From: an uncultured virus (IMG/VR IMGVR_UViG_3300037067_008364)
Lineage: Duplodnaviria > Heunggongvirae > Uroviricota > Caudoviricetes
Length of the DNA: 64,000 bases
Virus record (IMG/VR): IMGVR_UViG_3300037067_008364
Span: 1 to 64,000 of that record
Strand: one strand, 5' to 3'
Shown here: positions 35,905 through 45,952 of the stretch, one piece after another
How positions within the stretch are numbered: position 1 is the first letter of the stretch
Layout: every line of letters starts with the position of its first letter
The notes under the pieces: generated by a model
Databases searched by the model: none
Told to the model about the DNA's origin: nothing
What the model saw: the letters and a program-made list of their open reading frames with translations, nothing else
Position numbers and translations under genes: made by a program

Positions 35905-37905
35905 TTAGATATTTTTTAATTTCTCGTGTATGATTTCTTCATCACACACAGGGCAAAATTTGTGCTCTCCTGCTATATACCCATGCTTCGGGCAGATTGA
36001 AAACACTGGAGTAATGGTTAAATACGGTATGGCAAAGTTCTCGAATGTTCTCTTCACCAGTTTCTTACATACTTCACCGCTTGGTATCTTTTCACCGACG
36101 TACATGTGAAAAACAGTACCGCCCGTATACAGTCTCTGCAATGATTCCTGATGTTTCAAACACTCAAACACATCGTCAGAATAACCAACAGGTAATTGTG
36201 TACTGTTGGTATAATATACATTCTCTACTTCACCCGACTGTATGATATCAGGGTACAGTTCCTTATCTTTTCTGGCGAACCTGTAACTGGCACCCTCGGC
36301 AGGAGTAGCTTCGAGATTGAATAATATACCATCGTCATGTTGATATCTTGAGATTCGTTCGCGCATATGCATCATTGTTTCTTCTGCTATTTTTCTACCG
36401 CATTCATCACCTATCCCATGTTCACCGCCAGAATAGTTCTGGATGCATTCGTGCATGCCATTGATACCGATAGTGGAAAAGTGATTATTAAAATGACCGA
36501 GATACCGTTTTGTATACGGGAACATGCCGGAGTCAAGAAGTCTTGTGAGCACCTTTTTCTTTGTGACTAGAGATTCTTTAGCCAAGTCCATGAGTTCATC
36601 GAGACGCTTAAGAAGACCATCGCCATCATCCTTATACAAATACCCGAGTCTAGCCATATTGATTGTCACAACCCCAATACTTCCTGTCTTGTCAGCAGAC
36701 CCGAACAGTCCGTTACCACGCTTATGCAATTCAGATAGACTCAACTGTAATCTGCAACACATACTCCTTATATCTCTGGGATCTAAATCACTTGTGATAA
36801 AATTTTGAAAATATGGCACACCATACTTTGCCGTCATTGCAAATATACCGCCAGCAATTTCACTGTTCCACTCAAAGTCTTTTGTTATGTTATATGTCGG
36901 TATTGGGAAAGTGAATATACGTCCGTTCGCATCGCCTTCGTACATGACTTCAACAAACGCTTTATTAATCATATCCATTTCTTTTTGGAGTATGCCATAC
37001 GTCACGTTCTGTTCTTTACCGCCAATCACAGGATGCCATAACACCATATCCTCTGGGCACTTTACGTCAAGAGTGATGTTACTGAACGGGGTTTGATTCC
37101 CCCATCTGCTTGGTACGTTAAGATTGTATACCAGCTCCTGCATACACTGCTTAACTTCATTATATGAAAGTTCATCTACCCATACGAACGGAGCAAGAAA
37201 CGTATCAAACGAACTGAATGCCTGTGCACCGGCCCATTCATTCTGAAGTGTCCCTATAAAATTGATAATTTGACCTATTGCTGTTCTCAGGTGTTTCGGA
37301 GGGTTTGATGACACCTTTCCGTATACACCGTTATATCCCTGCTCCAGTAATTCTCTCAAACTCCATCCGGCGCAGTATCCACTCAGCATATCCAAATCAT
37401 GGATATATATATCGCCATTAAAATGCGCGTCTCTAATCTCTTTAGTATACACATGGTTTAGCCAGTAATTTGCAGTAACTTTCCCAGACACATTTAATAT
37501 CAATCCACCCAATGAATATCCTATATTAGCATTCGCACTAACTCTCCAGTCAATATTGTCGATGTAATCGTTCATTGTACTTTCGACATCTATGGCAACC
37601 TTCCTGCCGTCACGTATCTGTTCGTGCTTATACCTATATGTGATATACGCTTTAGCCGTTTTATAATACCCAGACCTCATTAGCATGTCTTCAACGGCAT
37701 CCTGTATTTCTTCCACGTTTGGCACATAATCCATGGGTTTTCCAGTATCGACATTACTTATAATTTTATCAACCAGCACACCAAGTGCAGTTTCATTTAT
37801 CTTTGTATCTTCTCCTGTGCTTACAAGAGCCTTGCGTACAGCTTCCTTTATTTTCCTACTATCAAACAATACAATCTTCCCGTCACGTTTTTCTATATAA
37901 TTCAT
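35905..37905 (-). CDS. nrdD: anaerobic (class III) ribonucleoside-triphosphate reductase, catalytic part with ATP cone, lacking the glycyl-radical loop
   Basis: KRDG ATP cone, HDLD, FTFPIPT, SMCCRL, EATPAE, YTGGTVFH, CPKHG...CPVC. Confidence 0.95.
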   Translation of the reverse strand: MNYIEKRDGKIVLFDSRKIKEAVRKALVSTGEDTKINETALGVLVDKIISNVDTGKPMDYVPNVEEIQDAVEDMLMRSGYYKTAKAYITYRYKHEQIRDGRKVAIDVESTMNDYIDNIDWRVSANANIGYSLGGLILNVSGKVTANYWLNHVYTKEIRDAHFNGDIYIHDLDMLSGYCAGWSLRELLEQGYNGVYGKVSSNPPKHLRTAIGQIINFIGTLQNEWAGAQAFSSFDTFLAPFVWVDELSYNEVKQCMQELVYNLNVPSRWGNQTPFSNITLDVKCPEDMVLWHPVIGGKEQNVTYGILQKEMDMINKAFVEVMYEGDANGRIFTFPIPTYNITKDFEWNSEIAGGIFAMTAKYGVPYFQNFITSDLDPRDIRSMCCRLQLSLSELHKRGNGLFGSADKTGSIGVVTINMARLGYLYKDDGDGLLKRLDELMDLAKESLVTKKKVLTRLLDSGMFPYTKRYLGHFNNHFSTIGINGMHECIQNYSGGEHGIGDECGRKIAEETMMHMRERISRYQHDDGILFNLEATPAEGASYRFARKDKELYPDIIQSGEVENVYYTNSTQLPVGYSDDVFECLKHQESLQRLYTGGTVFHMYVGEKIPSGEVCKKLVKRTFENFAIPYLTITPVFSICPKHGYIAGEHKFCPVCDEEIIHEKLKNI

Positions 37906-37906
37906 A

Positions 37907-38587
37907 TCAACCTCTTATCGCAAAGTTCTTGAACACAGCATTCCCGAGTTCTTTAATCACAGGACTAATGTAATTATTTTCACTTAATCCGCTGGTATTA
38001 TTTATATTCTTGTATCTCTGTATGTAATAATTTATACCACCGTTCTCAGATACCATGCTCATTATATTCAGCATATCATCTTCACTTAAAAAATCAGGAT
38101 GGTATGTGGTTCTGAATTCATGTTCGACATTTGACTCGGTGATAATTTTGATACTATTAAGAATGTTCTTGTCACTATGCAGCACTTGTGTTATACTGTC
38201 GTATTTATTCAATGGAGCCTTGACATCCATGGCGATATAATCAACGTTACCACTATATACCAGTTTATACAATATTTTGTGATTATATCCATTGGTGTGT
38301 ATTCCGACATTATAACCATGGTCTTTAACCAGATGCACCAAGTCAAGTATCTTCCTGTACGCAGTAGGTTCACCGCCAGATAATATGATACCGTCAAGCA
38401 GTCCTTTACGTTCAACCAGAAAGTTCACTATAACATCATCGCCAACTGGATGTAATTTATTACACACGATGTCTCTGTTATAGCAGTACGTGCAGTTCCA
38501 AGGACATCCGCTGAGAAAGAAAACCCCTGCAATATTGCAAGGGTAGTCTATCGTAGTTACCTTTTGTATTCCTACTATCGGCAACAT
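37907..38587 (-). CDS. nrdG: anaerobic RNR activating radical-SAM protein
   Basis: GCPWNCTYCYN, SGGEP, EFRTT. Confidence 0.93.
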   Translation of the reverse strand: MLPIVGIQKVTTIDYPCNIAGVFFLSGCPWNCTYCYNRDIVCNKLHPVGDDVIVNFLVERKGLLDGIILSGGEPTAYRKILDLVHLVKDHGYNVGIHTNGYNHKILYKLVYSGNVDYIAMDVKAPLNKYDSITQVLHSDKNILNSIKIITESNVEHEFRTTYHPDFLSEDDMLNIMSMVSENGGINYYIQRYKNINNTSGLSENNYISPVIKELGNAVFKNFAIRG

Positions 38588-38588
38588 A

Positions 38589-38753
38589 TTATTGTTCCCG
38601 TACTTTGAATGTAACTCGTTCTTTATGTTCCTGTTTCTTTCCTATATTGAAATTACTTACAGGTCTATAATATCCGCAAACTCTTGAAAATACTTCACAT
38701 GGTTGACGTTCTTCATCCTTTAACTGCACAAGGTTTCGTATTGCAGCTGTCAT
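38589..38753 (-). CDS. stand-alone NrdD glycyl-radical domain (54 aa, not in the ORF track)
   Basis: MTAAIRNLVQLKDEERQPCEVFSRVCGYYRPVSNFNIGKKQEHKERVTFKVREQ; AAGGAG RBS. Confidence 0.9.
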   Translation of the reverse strand: MTAAIRNLVQLKDEERQPCEVFSRVCGYYRPVSNFNIGKKQEHKERVTFKVREQ

Positions 38754-38865
38754 GCATTAACTCCTTTTATGGTTGTAATAATAGATTATAAGATGAATAC
38801 AGGCTAGCAGTTGCGAGTTCTGCTAGCCCATATTTTAGCCTGAGGAGGCTTCACAATTCGTATAT

Positions 38866-38894
38866 AATATAATAAAAACGCATCCGAATGTCAA
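38866..38894 (-). promoter_or_regulatory. sigma70-type promoter for the nrd operon (TTGACA-N17-TATATT)
   Basis: Consensus. Confidence 0.7.
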
Positions 38895-39184
38895 GTGATT
38901 TTTTTATTTTTTTTTAAATTTATACGGGGTGCGCCGACCGGCAAAGCGCCAACTGTCTCCATGATACATTCCGCAATATATCCATTGCAGTTTATCTGAT
39001 ACACACGATCCACTGTCCCCGCATATATCATAATTATCTAGGGTGCGCTCTTCATTCACCGAAGCAGTATTTTCTCAACAGCGCACCCTTTGGCTAGTTA
39101 GTTACTATAACCATCTTATTTTTGAGCTTTGACTGCTTCTGATTTTCAACTAGATACAACAAGTCCGCATAACTTGCAAAACAT

Positions 39185-39213
39185 AATATACGAAATTTTC
39201 TAACGTTTGTCAA
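39185..39213 (-). promoter_or_regulatory. sigma70-type promoter TTGACA-N17-TATATT
   Basis: Consensus; divergent from the terminase promoter. Confidence 0.7.
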
Positions 39214-39262
39214 GCGTTTTTTTCGATTGTTAATTTTTTGCAAAATTTCTTTGCGATGTCTC

Positions 39263-39291
39263 TTGCATATCTGTATATAAATTATTATATT
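39263..39291 (+). promoter_or_regulatory. putative promoter of the packaging genes (TTGCAT-N17-TATATT)
   Basis: Near-consensus, upstream of the small terminase. Confidence 0.55.
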
Positions 39292-39335
39292 GTTTTTGAT
39301 AAACGTTATTTGAGTTTGTTTGCGAAAGGGAATGA

Positions 39336-39821
39336 ATGAACAAAACAGGAATATACGATCCGGTTATATGTGATGAATTGGTGGATTTTTTCGATATAGA
39401 ACCATATCGTGAACAGATCATCTCCCGCATGGACGGTTCATATGATGTCATCCGCACAGCAAACCCGCTCCCGTTATTCTCTAAATTCGCAGCAGACAAC
39501 TATATTACACTGGGCGCAATGATGGACTGGATTGCACAGTATCCAGCCTTCAGTCTTGCCTATGAACGAGCAAAGTCGTATCAGGAATACATACTTGTAA
39601 CAAATGCACTTCTCGGACTATACAATTCGAAGACAGCAACATTTGCCATGAAGAATCTTATAGGCTGGCAGGAAAAGATTGAAACAGTGCATAGCGGTCA
39701 GATACAATTGAATTCTGTCATGAACAAAATAGCAGACAGCAATAAAGGTAAAGACCTTATACAGCAAAGAGATGAAGCGCTTTTAAGCGAGGTAACAGTT
39801 GGCACCCATGCTGAACGGTGA
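39336..39821 (+). CDS. terminase small subunit
   Basis: Position; W...YP.F..AY.RAK..QE...F.MKN..GW pattern. Confidence 0.8.
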   Translation: MNKTGIYDPVICDELVDFFDIEPYREQIISRMDGSYDVIRTANPLPLFSKFAADNYITLGAMMDWIAQYPAFSLAYERAKSYQEYILVTNALLGLYNSKTATFAMKNLIGWQEKIETVHSGQIQLNSVMNKIADSNKGKDLIQQRDEALLSEVTVGTHAER

Positions 39822-41367
39822 TTATACTCAGCCACTTAGTAGAGACCATTTAAAGAGCAAAGAAGAAAAGTCTGTTGAACTTATCGGCAACCAGTTCTGG
39901 AGACTAAACAACCTTTATTACTGCGTGGATGAAGATGCAAACAAGCTTCCGTTTAAGATGAACAGGATGCAGCTTCGTCTGTGGAAAGAATTACATTACT
40001 GGAATATAGTGCTTAAAGCGCGTCAGTTTGGTGCAACAACTTTCATATGCTTGCTCGGACTTGACATGGCTTTGTTCAATGACAATGTTACAGTACATAT
40101 TATAGCGCATACAATACCTGATGCAGAGAAGATATTTAAAAACAAGATAGCATATCCATACAGTGAATTGCCTGATGACATCAAGGAAGTGCGAAGCGCC
40201 ACGACAGAGAACGTGCGTGAATTAAGATTCGCAAATAATTCTTCAATAAGTGTAAGCAACTCTCCTCGTGGTGGTACTGTAAACTTTCTTCATATATCAG
40301 AGTTCGGTAAGATATGTGCGAAGTTCCCTGACAAGGCTCTTGAAATCAAGACTGGTGGTTTCCCTGCCGTTCACCCGGGCAACATGTGTTTTGTAGAATC
40401 AACAGCAGAAGGCGCAAGCGGTCAGTTCTATGACATGTGCATGCAGTCAATAGAAGACGCTAAACTCGGCCGTCCATTGTCGAAGAAGACATTCAAATTC
40501 CATTTCTTCCCTTGGTACGAAAATCCGAAGAACATCATCGACCCGTCAACTGTAGAAGTACCGTTGCGCATATCAGAATATTTAGACCGCTGTGAACAGG
40601 ACGTTGGGATTAAATTCACATCTGAACAGCGAGCATGGTACGCAGTTGAGGAACGCAATCTAGGCGACGATATGAGACGCGAGAATCCAGTATCTCCTGA
40701 AGAAGCGTTCCAGCAGGCGATAGAAGGGGCATATTATTCCAGCCAGATATACAAGATACTTGAAGAAGGAAGACTGTGTTCCGTTCCACATATGTCAGGA
40801 TACCCTGTAAATACAGCATGGGATATCGGAGTATATGACGAAACTGGAATATGGTTCTACCAGATTGTTGGGCGTGAACTTCATGTACTTGATTACTATG
40901 AAGAAGATGGTGCCGGTATACAGCATTTTATAGAAATACTTCGTCAGAAATCAGATGAACACGGATATGTGTACGGTACTCATTACGCTCCGCATGACAT
41001 AAGAAACCGTGAATGGGGTTCTGACGCACAGTCGCGTATCAATATAGCTGCTCGCCTCGGAATCTTTTTTGAAGTAGCTCCTCCTCCTACAGAAGTATCT
41101 GTACAGGATGGAATAGAATCAGTTCGTGAAACATTGCAGTCATGCTGGTTTGACAAGGAACGATGCCAGCACGGATTTGCGATGTTATCCAAGTACCGAA
41201 AGGAATGGGATGCACGGCGCGGAGTGTGGAAAAGCAGACCGTATCACGACGAAACTTCTCACGCCGCTGATGCGTTCAGATGTTTGGCATTGACATGGAA
41301 GAAACCTATGCATAAAGGCAAAATAGTAGTTGAACCCAAGATAGTTTCGGCAGAAGGATGGACATAA
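39799..41367 (+). CDS. terminase large subunit
   Basis: LKARQFGAT, LHISEF, ESTAEG, WDIG, PHD, HAADAFR. Confidence 0.93.
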   Translation: MAPMLNGDYTQPLSRDHLKSKEEKSVELIGNQFWRLNNLYYCVDEDANKLPFKMNRMQLRLWKELHYWNIVLKARQFGATTFICLLGLDMALFNDNVTVHIIAHTIPDAEKIFKNKIAYPYSELPDDIKEVRSATTENVRELRFANNSSISVSNSPRGGTVNFLHISEFGKICAKFPDKALEIKTGGFPAVHPGNMCFVESTAEGASGQFYDMCMQSIEDAKLGRPLSKKTFKFHFFPWYENPKNIIDPSTVEVPLRISEYLDRCEQDVGIKFTSEQRAWYAVEERNLGDDMRRENPVSPEEAFQQAIEGAYYSSQIYKILEEGRLCSVPHMSGYPVNTAWDIGVYDETGIWFYQIVGRELHVLDYYEEDGAGIQHFIEILRQKSDEHGYVYGTHYAPHDIRNREWGSDAQSRINIAARLGIFFEVAPPPTEVSVQDGIESVRETLQSCWFDKERCQHGFAMLSKYRKEWDARRGVWKSRPYHDETSHAADAFRCLALTWKKPMHKGKIVVEPKIVSAEGWT

Positions 41368-41370
41368 TAA

Positions 41371-44300
41371 ATGGCAGATCCTGTTGGAATGGCAGCCAAT
41401 TCTGCCAATAGAGATAATGAACCGATAGTTCCCGGTAGTATAGAAGCGAAGGTTGTACAGCGCAAAGCACTCGACGAAGCCATAAAGGAAAGTGAACGCA
41501 GACAACCGGCTTTATCCGGTGAATCTACGCTTGTATCGTACATACAGAACGCATGGAACGCAGCACAGAGAGCGAAGCAGGAAGTAACAGAAGAACTTTA
41601 CGAATCAGCACTTCAGCGCAGAGGTGAATATACCGCACGGAAACTTGCAGAAATCAAGAAGCTTGGCGGTTCAACTATATTCATGAAGATAACCAGCATC
41701 AAATGCCGTGCTCTTGAATCGTGGATACGTGACATTCTATCTCCTGTTGGTGATGCTATATGGACTATACGTCCTACTCCGATACCAGATATTCCAATTG
41801 GTCAAAAAGAATACATCAATCAGTATGTACAACAGCAGGTTTCCATAAACCCAGCACTTAAACTTGAAAATCCAGTAGAATACGAAGCATATCTTGAGAA
41901 GAACGTACAGAAAGAAATAGAGAAACGCGCTGCCGAAGCATGTGCCAAGATGTCAAAGAAGATAGCAGACCAGCTTGCGGAAGCCAATTGGCGCGAAGAA
42001 CTGGAAAAGGTTATCAGTGACATCGCTACTTATAAAGTAGGTGTACTGAAAGGCCCTCTTGCGGTACGCAAGAAAGATATTCTTTGGCAGCAACAGGAAG
42101 GTACCGGACGATGGGTTCCGATACGTGATGATACATTTGTAGTCCAATACAAGCGTGTATCCCCATTTGATATATATCCTTCACCTACAGCAACTAATGT
42201 CGAGAATGGTTATCTAATAGAACGTCATACAATGACACGTGAAGATTTGAACGAACTTATCGGTGTACGTGGATTCGATGAAATGAAGATACGTTCTGTT
42301 CTTGAGAAGTATGGAGAATCAGGATATAGTACAAAAATCATGGATGACCAACTCAAGGAAGAAGCTGAAAACAAGAACGATGACAATATAACAAATACTC
42401 CTGATAATACAATAGAAGTTCTTGAATTTTGGGGAAGCTGTCCCGGGAAACTCCTAGTCCAATTCGGTATTGAAGGAATAGAAAGCAACACTGACGATTA
42501 CCATATCAACGCATGGCTGGTTGGAGACGATGTTATAAAGGCTGTCATAAACCCGTCACCAATAGGTCGTAAACCGTATCATAAAACATCCTTCGAACTT
42601 GTTCCTGATTCTTGGTGGGGTCAAGGTGTACCAGAAGTAATGTCAGATCTTCAGGCGATGTGCAATGCTTCGGCTCGTGCATTGTCAAACAATATGGGTA
42701 TAGCGTCAGGCCCTCAGGGATATGTAGATGTAAGCCAGCTTGCGTCAGGTCAGGATGTACGTAATATGTATCCTTGGAAGATGTGGCTGTATGACGGTTC
42801 TGCCGGTGGTTCGTATGGCGGAGGCCGTCCTCCGATAGGATTCTTCCAGCCGAACGACAATGCCGATACCCTTATGGCTGTCTATGAAAAATTCGCACGG
42901 CTTGCAGACGATTATACTGGTATACCTGCGTATACATATGGTTCAGTTACCAATATTGGTGGAGCCGGAAGAGCTCTTGCAGATTATGAAAAAGTTTTAA
43001 CTCCATATGGGCCAATTCCAATTCGTAATATAAAGATTGGAGATAAAGTATGTAATACATATGGTACTACATCAAATGTAGTTGGAGTATTCCCGCAAGG
43101 AAAACGTGATATTGTTAGAATAAAATTTAGTAATGGTACACATATTGATTGTGATATGGAACATAGATGGAGTGTTCGCACACGCAATAATAGAAAATTT
43201 CACACACTAACAACAAGAGAAATTATAGAAAAAGGCATATTATGGAAAACTAGAGAAAAAGTATATAACAATGGAATATGTTATACAAGAGAAGATGGAT
43301 ATCTGCGTCCAAAATGGATGCTTCCTTTGATAGATAGCATTGAGTTTAAAGCTCGTGAAATAAAAATAGATCCATATACTATGGGTATATTGTTAGGTGA
43401 TGGTGATGCTAATTGTAATTTAGTTGGAATGGATGATGAAATATTTGATAGAATACCATATCAATTAGGTAAACGAATTAATAGACCAAACAATAAATCA
43501 TATAAAAAACACATAAAAGGTATAAGAAAATACTATCATAATTATGGTCTTAACTGTAAAGGTATTGATAAATTCATTCCAGAAGATTATTTGTATAATA
43601 CAAAAGAAGTTCGACTTGAACTTTTACGTGGACTTATGGATACTGATGGATATTGTACACAACGTGGGCAAACAGTATTTTGTAGTTCATCTAAAAGATT
43701 AATATATGATTTTAGAAAATTAGTTGAATCTCTTGGTGGATATGTTAGAAGTATAAATAAACAAAAAGGAGTAGGTAATACTGAAATATGTGGGGTAAAA
43801 TGTTTTGGTAGAGATCATTATAGGGTATATTTTAAATTATTCGGAGAAAAAGTATTTCATCTAAAAAGAAAACAATTGCTTGTTAAAGATGCTATAAAAA
43901 CACATATTGCTATTACTGGTATAGAATATTTAGGAATGGAAAATGCTACTTGCATATCAGTAGATTCAGATGATAGTCTATTTATATGTGAAAATTTTAT
44001 TCCTACTCATAATACAGCGACTGGTTTATCAATGTTACTTGGTAACGCTAGTAAAGGAATCAAATTCGTCTTGTCCAACCTTGATACATATATCATAGAA
44101 CCTTCTATCCGTGACCTGTACGAATTCAATATGCTATATGATCCTGATGAATCAATCAAAGCAGATTTGAAAATCGTCGCTCGTGGTACACTATCATTAG
44201 TCGAGAAGGAGCATCAACAGGCACAGCGCGTTGAATTCCTTCAGACAATCGCAACATCACCGATGTATCAGGAAATTATAGGAAAGAAAGGCGCTGCGAA

Positions 44301-44631
44301 TCTTCTGCGCGAAGTCGTCAAAGTTCTCAATATGCCAGCGGATGACATAGTTCCATCTGAAGAAGAGATTGAAGCGTCAGATGTGGAACAGCAGATGCTA
44401 CAGCAGACCGCTTCGCTGGTACAGGGACTTGTCGCAGGACAGGTATCGCCCGAGGAATTCATAGCAGCAATAGTCCAGATGTTTCCTCCGCAACAGCAGA
44501 ATGCTGTACAGCCGGGGATGAACAAAAACATGAATAGTACAAACCACGGAACGCCTCCTGCCATGTCAGATCGCACACCTGACGGACGCAGACTCGGAGG
44601 AGTTGACAGTTCTTATTTCGTTAACAAATAA
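41371..44631 (+). CDS. portal protein precursor containing an intein (about 739 aa after splicing)
   Basis: Follows the large terminase; VSPFD.YP, V.EFWG, WG.GVP..M.D.Q..CNA..R, GAGR|TATGLSML. Confidence 0.88.
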   Translation: MADPVGMAANSANRDNEPIVPGSIEAKVVQRKALDEAIKESERRQPALSGESTLVSYIQNAWNAAQRAKQEVTEELYESALQRRGEYTARKLAEIKKLGGSTIFMKITSIKCRALESWIRDILSPVGDAIWTIRPTPIPDIPIGQKEYINQYVQQQVSINPALKLENPVEYEAYLEKNVQKEIEKRAAEACAKMSKKIADQLAEANWREELEKVISDIATYKVGVLKGPLAVRKKDILWQQQEGTGRWVPIRDDTFVVQYKRVSPFDIYPSPTATNVENGYLIERHTMTREDLNELIGVRGFDEMKIRSVLEKYGESGYSTKIMDDQLKEEAENKNDDNITNTPDNTIEVLEFWGSCPGKLLVQFGIEGIESNTDDYHINAWLVGDDVIKAVINPSPIGRKPYHKTSFELVPDSWWGQGVPEVMSDLQAMCNASARALSNNMGIASGPQGYVDVSQLASGQDVRNMYPWKMWLYDGSAGGSYGGGRPPIGFFQPNDNADTLMAVYEKFARLADDYTGIPAYTYGSVTNIGGAGRALADYEKVLTPYGPIPIRNIKIGDKVCNTYGTTSNVVGVFPQGKRDIVRIKFSNGTHIDCDMEHRWSVRTRNNRKFHTLTTREIIEKGILWKTREKVYNNGICYTREDGYLRPKWMLPLIDSIEFKAREIKIDPYTMGILLGDGDANCNLVGMDDEIFDRIPYQLGKRINRPNNKSYKKHIKGIRKYYHNYGLNCKGIDKFIPEDYLYNTKEVRLELLRGLMDTDGYCTQRGQTVFCSSSKRLIYDFRKLVESLGGYVRSINKQKGVGNTEICGVKCFGRDHYRVYFKLFGEKVFHLKRKQLLVKDAIKTHIAITGIEYLGMENATCISVDSDDSLFICENFIPTHNTATGLSMLLGNASKGIKFVLSNLDTYIIEPSIRDLYEFNMLYDPDESIKADLKIVARGTLSLVEKEHQQAQRVEFLQTIATSPMYQEIIGKKGAANLLREVVKVLNMPADDIVPSEEEIEASDVEQQMLQQTASLVQGLVAGQVSPEEFIAAIVQMFPPQQQNAVQPGMNKNMNSTNHGTPPAMSDRTPDGRRLGGVDSSYFVNK
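42973..44013 (+). mobile_element. class-3-type intein (347 aa) with LAGLIDADG homing endonuclease
   Basis: Starts ALADY, block B HRW, LLGDG / GLMDTDG, block F ATCISV, ends THN|T; AT-rich. Confidence 0.9.
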
Positions 44632-44657
44632 AACCCACTTCTATGCAGGAGTAAACT

Positions 44658-44912
44658 ATGAGGAAGTTTAAACTTGATGAACTGAAGCAGATAGCAACTC
44701 TGTCAGATCATGCAAGAGACGTTGTATCTGAACTTATCAATATCATGTACAAGGAAGAATTGATGGTACTGATAAACACTGATGATACGAGACGCATGGT
44801 TCGGGCACAGGGTTCTGTTCGCTCTCTCGGTTCGCTTGTTGTGGCTTTTGAAGATTTCCACGAATTACTAAGTGACGGTGCATATCGTGAAGATTATTCC
44901 GTCGAAGAATAA
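44658..44912 (+). CDS. small head-module protein
   Basis: Follows the portal; R.QG motif; CAGGAG RBS. Confidence 0.7.
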   Translation: MRKFKLDELKQIATLSDHARDVVSELINIMYKEELMVLINTDDTRRMVRAQGSVRSLGSLVVAFEDFHELLSDGAYREDYSVEE

Positions 44913-44963
44913 CACACATCAGTAACCATTCTGATGAACACTGAAAGGTAATGTGAATAAACA

Positions 44964-45884
44964 ATGGCTAGGTACGAAGAGCTTCTTGTTTATAAACTCA
45001 AAGCAGATACAATTGTCGGTTTGACAACCGATACAACTGCAATTTCAATCAATACCAACCTTCAATTTGATGATGATTACAGTCTCAAATTTGGTACAGG
45101 TAACGATGTTGAAATGAACTGGAACGGAACATATTTCGAAGGCCCGAACCCTACAAGCGGCATGTGGGCAAACTGTCCTTCGACAGCGTATTCCGATCCT
45201 TCCGGTTATTTTTATTTCATGGATGACTTTGTCGGAGACCCTGCCGCTGACAGTTCAGCTCCTCTTCCTTGGTCTTCTACAGACGATGGTGATTCAACAG
45301 CATATGCTTTGACATCAACCGATATAGGTGGAGTCCTGCATATCGTTTTGACTGCTACTGATAATGATGCTGCCGTTATGAGACTCGGTGGAGACAGTGG
45401 TAATATTCTTGAGTTTGTTGAATCCAGTGGCGACCAGTGGTGGTTTGAAGCCCGCGTCAAAGTTGGGCACAAAGGCAAAGTATCAGTCTTTATTGGTCTC
45501 GGTAACGAAGGATGTCTCAGCACAGATTTTATTGCTGACGCTGGTAATGATTTCTCAGATCAAGATCTTATTGGTTTTGTTATTTGGGAAGCTTCTAATC
45601 CAAGTGTGCATTGGGCATTCCAGACAACTGGCAGTGCGTATGCATATGGCGATCAAGCGGTTCTGACAAATGACGAAGGGTGGCATACATATGGTATGCA
45701 CTTTGATGGTGATTCGACAATCACTGGTTATATTGATGGAACAGCAATTGCAAGTACCGTTGACACCGGTACTACAAAAGTTCCTGATGGTGAGGAAATG
45801 TCTCCTCTGATCTTCATCAAATCTCAGTCTGGTTCAGCAAAGAATCTTTATGTTGATTGGGTCAAGGTTGTTTCTGAGCGATAA
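44964..45884 (+). CDS. putative virion decoration protein with concanavalin/LamG-like domain
   Basis: FMDDF...GGV...WFEARVK...FIGL...WHTYG...YIDG...YVDWV. Confidence 0.6.
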   Translation: MARYEELLVYKLKADTIVGLTTDTTAISINTNLQFDDDYSLKFGTGNDVEMNWNGTYFEGPNPTSGMWANCPSTAYSDPSGYFYFMDDFVGDPAADSSAPLPWSSTDDGDSTAYALTSTDIGGVLHIVLTATDNDAAVMRLGGDSGNILEFVESSGDQWWFEARVKVGHKGKVSVFIGLGNEGCLSTDFIADAGNDFSDQDLIGFVIWEASNPSVHWAFQTTGSAYAYGDQAVLTNDEGWHTYGMHFDGDSTITGYIDGTAIASTVDTGTTKVPDGEEMSPLIFIKSQSGSAKNLYVDWVKVVSER

Positions 45885-45897
45885 ACCATAATTAAAC

Positions 45898-45932
45898 TTG
45901 GGGAGGTATACATGAGTTTATATCTCCCCAAA
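45898..45932 (+). terminator. hairpin TTGGGGAGGTAT...ATATCTCCCCAA
   Basis: Inverted repeat between the decoration gene and the sugar cassette; no U-tract on +. Confidence 0.4.
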
Positions 45933-45952
45933 AATATACTGGAATTATTAAC

